A DNA stretch of 32,000 bases from Halalkalibacterium halodurans. GTDB lineage: Bacteria; Bacillota; Bacilli; Bacillales; Bacillaceae_D. Below are positions 27,403 to 32,000 of the stretch, in pieces. Position 1 is the stretch's first letter; each line of letters begins with the position of its first letter. Below the pieces are notes generated by a model. It was given only the letters and a program-made list of their open reading frames with translations. It did no database searches and was not told the DNA's origin. The position numbers were made by a program, and so were the translations under genes. The DNA is taken from NCBI RefSeq assembly GCF_004376175.1, contig NZ_SNUY01000001.1:106475-138474 (forward strand). The letters run 5' to 3'.

Positions 27403-27513
27403 ATGTCAACAAAGAAAAACATTCTCATCATTCTTTTTTCGTTGGTAGCACTCTTTTCCTTTTTTGCCTTAATCGGAATCGTCTCATTTTTCACTGGCCC
27501 AACAGCACCGTAG
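27403..27513 (+). CDS. Small membrane peptide (36 aa), not in the ORF track
   Basis: Manual translation gives MSTKKNILIILFSLVALFSFFALIGIVSFFTGPTAP*. AGGGGTGA lies 4 nt upstream of the ATG. It has a single TM segment and is convergent with argH. Confidence 0.45.
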   Translation: MSTKKNILIILFSLVALFSFFALIGIVSFFTGPTAP

Positions 27514-27530
27514 CCGCTAGTAAAAGCAAT

Positions 27531-27565
27531 TGAAAAGGCTACAAAGGTGTGTAACCTTCATAGCC
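27531..27565 (-). terminator. argH terminator
   Basis: GGCTACAAAGGT-GTGTA-ACCTTCATAGCC hairpin with a 2x2 internal loop. It lies 10 nt beyond the argH stop and is followed on the minus strand by TTTTCAATTGCTTTT. Confidence 0.6.
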
Positions 27566-27575
27566 CTCTTTGCCA

Positions 27576-28952
27576 CTAATTGGCTAAAATCTTTTCGGCC
27601 TTGGTAATTGCTTTCTTTACTTCTGTAAAGCCTGTGCCGCCAGCACTCGTTCGACGAGCCACCACGGTTTTCGGTTGCAATACGTCGTAAATATCCTCAT
27701 CAAACAAATCAGATGCTGCCTTATAATCACTTAACGGCAAATCTAGCAAATAGATGCCTTTTTCGATGCAAAGAAGCACGAGCTTACCTACTACTTCATG
27801 GGCTTCTCGGAACGGCATACCTTTTGTCGCTAAATAATCGGCGAGCTCTGTCGCATTTGAGAAGTCTTGATGGACAGCCTTCGTCATCGTTTCTTCCTTC
27901 ACCTTCATCGTTTGGATCATCCCAGCAAAGATGGCAAGCGAGCCTTTCACCGTCTTCACGGCATCAAACATCCCCTCTTTGTCCTCTTGCATATCTTTGT
28001 TGTAAGCTAAAGGCAATCCTTTTAGCACCGTTAATAGCGAGAAGAGACTCCCGTAAACACGCCCCGTCTTTCCTCGGATCAGCTCCGCCATATCAGGATT
28101 TTTCTTTTGCGGCATGATGCTGCTTCCTGTCGCGAAAGCATCGTCCATCTCAACGAATTGAAACTCCTGTGAAGACCAGAGAATCAACTCTTCGCAAAGA
28201 CGTGATAAATGAGTCATTAAGAGTGAAGACGCACTTAAGAATTCAACGATAAAATCCCGATCACTGACCGCATCGAGGCTGTTCTCATAAATGCCATCAA
28301 ATCCGAGCAGCTCAGCCGTGTACTCCCGGTCAATCGGAAACGTCGTCCCGGCAAGGGCACCTGCCCCGAGCGGTGAGACATTCAATCGTTTTAAGCTATC
28401 TTCGTAACGACCATAATCGCGTTCAAGCATCCAAAAATAAGCAAGCAAATGATGAGCGAAGGAAATTGGCTGGGCGCGCTGAAGATGCGTGTAGCCTGGA
28501 ATTAACGTTTCTACGTGCTGCTTCGCCTGCTCCACAAGGGCCGCTTGAACATTCTTGACTAGCTGTAAAATCTCCTTCGTTTGTTTGCGTAAATAAAGAT
28601 GCATATCGGTCGCCACTTGGTCGTTCCGGCTCCGTCCTGTATGAAGCTTACCACCCACCGGTCCGATTTCGTCGATCAAAAGCTTTTCAATATTTAAATG
28701 TATGTCCTCATTGGCAACGGAATAGTTCAGTTCACCTTTTTTTGCCTTTTCCAATAAAATGTGAAGGCCTTTTTTAATTTGCTCCACTTCTTCATTGGCG
28801 AGAATTCCAGACTTTTCGAGCATCGTCACATGGGCGAGGCTTCCTTCGATGTCTTCTTCCACAAGTTGCTGGTCAAAGCCGATCGATGCACCGAATTCAT
28901 CAACCCAAGCTTCTGCTGTTTTCGTGAATCGGCCTCCCCAAAGCTTTGTCAC
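27576..28952 (-). CDS. argH: Argininosuccinate lyase
   Basis: 458-aa ORF reading [30 protein letters not shown]...[16 protein letters not shown] (fumarate-lyase signature). Its start overlaps the argG stop as ATGA. Confidence 0.96.
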   Translation of the reverse strand: MTKLWGGRFTKTAEAWVDEFGASIGFDQQLVEEDIEGSLAHVTMLEKSGILANEEVEQIKKGLHILLEKAKKGELNYSVANEDIHLNIEKLLIDEIGPVGGKLHTGRSRNDQVATDMHLYLRKQTKEILQLVKNVQAALVEQAKQHVETLIPGYTHLQRAQPISFAHHLLAYFWMLERDYGRYEDSLKRLNVSPLGAGALAGTTFPIDREYTAELLGFDGIYENSLDAVSDRDFIVEFLSASSLLMTHLSRLCEELILWSSQEFQFVEMDDAFATGSSIMPQKKNPDMAELIRGKTGRVYGSLFSLLTVLKGLPLAYNKDMQEDKEGMFDAVKTVKGSLAIFAGMIQTMKVKEETMTKAVHQDFSNATELADYLATKGMPFREAHEVVGKLVLLCIEKGIYLLDLPLSDYKAASDLFDEDIYDVLQPKTVVARRTSAGGTGFTEVKKAITKAEKILAN

Positions 28953-30178
28953 GATGTAACCTCCTTCTTCTCTTGCTTTTCCTTCATTTCCTTGTTCACC
29001 ATACTATACACTTTCGTTGGTAGTCCCCATAAGGAGATGAAGCCTACCGCTGCATTATGATCAAATTCGTCATCTGGTGTGTAAGTGGCTAGCTTTTCAT
29101 TATAAAGGGAATACTCTGATTTACGTCCTTCTACAATGGCGTGCCCTTTAAACAGTTTTACCCGTACAACCCCAGTCACTGTGGATTGAGTTTCCTTTAA
29201 GAAGGCAGACAAAGCGGGTTGAAGTGGTGAGAACCAAAGACCTTCATAAATGAGCTCTGCTATTTTTTTCTCTACAACTGGTTTAAAATGGGCCACTTCT
29301 TTTGTTAACGTTAAATCCTCCAACTCTTTATGAGCTTTAATGAGTGTCATCGCTCCAGGACATTCGTACACTTCACGAGACTTAATACCGACCAAGCGAT
29401 TTTCTACGTGATCAATTCGTCCAACTCCATGCTTACCTGCGATTTGATTCAACTCTAGGATCAATTCATGGACTGGATAGCTTTTCCCGTTCAACGTAAC
29501 AGGGATTCCTTTTTCAAATCCAATTTCCACAATTTCTGGTTGATCGGGAGCATCCTCGATTGCGACTGTTAACTCATAAGCACCTTCTGGAGGTGTTGCC
29601 CACGGATCTTCTAAAATTCCGCACTCATTGCTACGTCCCCATAGGTTTTGATCGACAGAGTACGGGTTATCTAAATCAATCGGAATTGGAATGTTGTTTT
29701 TCTTAGCGTACTCAATCTCTTCATCACGAGACCATGCCCACTCTCGTACAGGGGCTAAAACTTCTAAGTTTGGATTTAATGCTTGGATCGATACCTCAAA
29801 GCGCACTTGATCGTTTCCTTTTCCGGTACAACCGTGGGCTACTGCCTGTGCGCCTGTTTGTTCCGCGATTTCTACAAGCTTTTTCGAAATCAATGGACGA
29901 GATAGGGCGGAAACAAGCGGGTATTTTTGTTCATACAACGCATGTGCTTGCAATGCCGGCAAAACAAATTCTTCCGCAAATTCTTTTTTCGCATCAATTG
30001 TATACGATTCGATTGCGCCTACTTTCAATGCTTTTTCCTTTACAAATTCAAGATCCTTTCCTTCACCGACATCAAGGCCAACGGCAATGACATCATATCC
30101 TTTATCGCTAAGCCACTTAATGGCTACAGATGTATCTAATCCCCCAGAATACGCTAAGACAACTTTCTTTTTGCTCAT
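28949..30178 (-). CDS. argG: Argininosuccinate synthase
   Basis: ORF 28949..30232. From the ATG at 30178 the product is [23 protein letters not shown]...[13 protein letters not shown]..., 409 aa. GGAGGG lies 9 nt upstream. Confidence 0.96.
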   Translation of the reverse strand: MSKKKVVLAYSGGLDTSVAIKWLSDKGYDVIAVGLDVGEGKDLEFVKEKALKVGAIESYTIDAKKEFAEEFVLPALQAHALYEQKYPLVSALSRPLISKKLVEIAEQTGAQAVAHGCTGKGNDQVRFEVSIQALNPNLEVLAPVREWAWSRDEEIEYAKKNNIPIPIDLDNPYSVDQNLWGRSNECGILEDPWATPPEGAYELTVAIEDAPDQPEIVEIGFEKGIPVTLNGKSYPVHELILELNQIAGKHGVGRIDHVENRLVGIKSREVYECPGAMTLIKAHKELEDLTLTKEVAHFKPVVEKKIAELIYEGLWFSPLQPALSAFLKETQSTVTGVVRVKLFKGHAIVEGRKSEYSLYNEKLATYTPDDEFDHNAAVGFISLWGLPTKVYSMVNKEMKEKQEKKEVTS

Positions 30179-30199
30179 GCTAACAATCCCTCCAAAGTG

Positions 30200-30319
30200 A
30201 ATATTCATACTCTTGTTATTATTTTTATACATCCACTTGCATAAAAAAAGGCCTGTATAAAACTATCAACTACACTTATTAATATTCATTACTTTACCAA
30301 CGATTATCGATTTTGACAA
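30200..30319 (-). promoter_or_regulatory. Candidate argG promoter (TTGTCA-17 nt-TAAAGT) with two ARG-box-like ATGAATATT half sites
   Basis: On the minus strand, TTGTCA is the rc of 30314-19 and TAAAGT is the rc of 30291-96. ATGAATATT occurs twice, as the rc of 30281-89 (just after the -10) and the rc of 30200-08, 81 bp apart. It resembles the ArgR/AhrC consensus TNTGAATWWWWATTCANW. A-tracts upstream (30330-30360) look like an UP element. Confidence 0.4.
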
Positions 30320-30536
30320 GGGGATTTCTCGCTTTTTTTTCTTTTTTTCTTCTACCTGTCCGTTTTTTTGGTTACAATACTTATAGAGTCTCGGAATAAA
30401 TAACAATTTTCCGGGTCAAATGAACCAAAATTACTGGAAATTGGATTGGAATGGCCTGCACACTCATTATTTTCATTGTATTTTCAAAAATGTGCATGAC
30501 AAAGAAACCTATTGCCATTATTTTTTTAAAAATTGA

Positions 30537-32000
30537 CTAGGCGGCTTTAGGAAAGATGATTTCTTCAATATTTAACTGCTCTTTCTGACTGCTGTACCAA
30601 GCATCGATGTGCTGACACATCATTATGGCGTATAGGCGAATGTACCACATTTTTGTTGACCGGTGGCGTCCAGATTCCAAGTGATAATCTATTTTTTCTC
30701 TTTTATTAGAACGTTCAACAGAGGTTCTTCGTTTGTATATAAGTTTCCACTTTTCAGAGGACCTTGGTGTTTTGGTAAATAATCGTAGATTATCCTCTCT
30801 GAATGTATGGAATGTCCGACCATATTTTGCTTTTGAACACGGTGATGAGCATGTATTTTTGGTACCGCAAGCAAGTGGACAACGCCATTTTTGCCGATTT
30901 TGAGATTTGTCAAACCCGTTGGGCTTCATCTCCTTCCCAATCGGACAGATTGGAACACCTGTTGGAGATATTTGAATATCACTTTCTGTACTAAAGTTCT
31001 TCTTTGTTCGAACATTTAAATCGATGAAGGGTTCCACATTTTGATGTTCAAGTAGCTCATAAATGGCCTCAGCATCGTGCGCTGCATCAAGAAGAATTTT
31101 ATCAATCGTGCCCAAGGTGTACCGTTGCGAAAATTCAATTGAACTAACCACTAGGCTGACTGAATCATGCCGGGAAGCAGGATGCAGCCGTGGATATAGC
31201 GGTAAGTCGTATTGGCTATCGCTAGTGGATATCATGTAGAGATGATATCCGTTGAAGTACTTTTCCTTAGAACTATCCCAGCCTGAGTCGATGTCGGGTT
31301 GTGAATACTGGCGTGGGTGAGTACAGTTCGTTAGTCCTTGGGCACTACAATTACAGGTTGATTTACTTCTCGGGTACCTAGCTGTTTCAATTGGTGTCCC
31401 ATCTCCAACTACACCTAGAGCTTCGGGATCCCCAAGAAGACCAAGTTTCGTAGAAACCGCTAAAAATTGGGATTGAAAAAACTCAAATAATCGGTCTCCT
31501 GGCAGTTGTTTTTGTTTGGAACCATAACGCATTGCCCGATCAACGAGTTTACGAACAATTCCGGGATTCTTAGGTTCAGCTTTTTCACCCTTTTTAGGCT
31601 TCTTTTTCTTTTTTGACTTTTTCTTTTTAGGTTTGACCTTCGGCATAACATTCGGGCTTTCGAAGGCCCATAAACGTTTGAAAAAGTCTTCAAATGTTCC
31701 AACACCTGGTGTGTCACCGGGTTCAAAACCGCTAAGAATTGCATACAACGGAACGCGACGAAGTTGATCAACCCAATGAGTAATACCTTTTGTAGGTTGA
31801 ACAAATAATGAAAGCAGATAAGAACGCATCATAGAAGCAGGGTCACGAGGCTTTGGTCCCTTTTTGGAATAGGAATCACCAAGCCATGTAGTTACCGAAG
31901 AGAGATCAGTTATCCAAAGCTTTTTAATTACTGGCCAATCCTTATTAACAAGGGTAAGAATGCCGCCAGAATAATGGGCATTTAACTGATTTAGAACGAA
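30537..32000 (-). CDS. IS4/IS5-superfamily DDE transposase (DUF772-type N-terminal motif, Cys-rich insert); 5' end outside the window
   Basis: The ORF track lists 30537..31832, but the frame stays open to position 32000. My translation upstream of MMRSY is ...FVLNQLNAHYSGGILTLVNKDWPVIKKLWITDLSSVTTWLGDSYSKKGPKPRDPAS. Motifs are GPKPRDPASMMRSYLL, VGDGTPIET (D), LLDAAHDAEAIYE (D), YKRRTSVERSNKREK (E), and CPIG...WRCPLACG...CSKAKYGRT. Confidence 0.85.
   Translation of the reverse strand, partial: FVLNQLNAHYSGGILTLVNKDWPVIKKLWITDLSSVTTWLGDSYSKKGPKPRDPASMMRSYLLSLFVQPTKGITHWVDQLRRVPLYAILSGFEPGDTPGVGTFEDFFKRLWAFESPNVMPKVKPKKKKSKKKKKPKKGEKAEPKNPGIVRKLVDRAMRYGSKQKQLPGDRLFEFFQSQFLAVSTKLGLLGDPEALGVVGDGTPIETARYPRSKSTCNCSAQGLTNCTHPRQYSQPDIDSGWDSSKEKYFNGYHLYMISTSDSQYDLPLYPRLHPASRHDSVSLVVSSIEFSQRYTLGTIDKILLDAAHDAEAIYELLEHQNVEPFIDLNVRTKKNFSTESDIQISPTGVPICPIGKEMKPNGFDKSQNRQKWRCPLACGTKNTCSSPCSKAKYGRTFHTFREDNLRLFTKTPRSSEKWKLIYKRRTSVERSNKREKIDYHLESGRHRSTKMWYIRLYAIMMCQHIDAWYSSQKEQLNIEEIIFPKAA

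Noticed and set aside
31585-31630. A-rich run encoding the KVKPKKKKSKKKKKPKKGEK linker in the right-hand transposase, considered as a possible slippery site for programmed frameshifting.
   Set aside because: The single frame stays open across it and encodes all the DDE motifs. No alternative-frame ORF continues downstream.

Overview
This is a chromosomal segment of a Bacillaceae genome. Gene content and order match the Bacillus/Geobacillus-type region icd-citZ, pyk-pfkA-accA-accD, ytsJ-dnaE-ytrH-ytrI, nrnA-ytpI-ytoI, ytkL, argH-argG. About 30 protein genes are supported, mostly housekeeping or central-metabolism genes on the minus strand. Several start codons were re-placed from RBS context. 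I saw no rRNA, tRNA or CRISPR array. The right third is an accessory patch with three mobile-DNA features. First, an intact IS6/IS240-like transposase gene with an N-terminal double zinc-ribbon extension lies upstream of ald. Second, a 924-bp decayed IS1182-family derivative, bounded by inverted repeats and flanked by a 6-bp duplication, sits in the T-tract of the usp terminator. Third, an IS4/IS5-superfamily transposase gene abuts the argG promoter and runs off the window. Some structure remains unexplained. There is a 676-nt ORF-free gap between convergent core genes. A two-copy structured repeat has identical 70-nt spacing and compensatory stem changes. A roughly 150-nt rod-like palindrome lies 3' of the IS6-like transposase gene. 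Two small ORFs with strong RBS are missing from the ORF track. I could not support any multi-gene novel system such as a defence, toxin-antitoxin or RNA-guided module. The ncRNA-like repeats are the best leads and need database and transcript checks.
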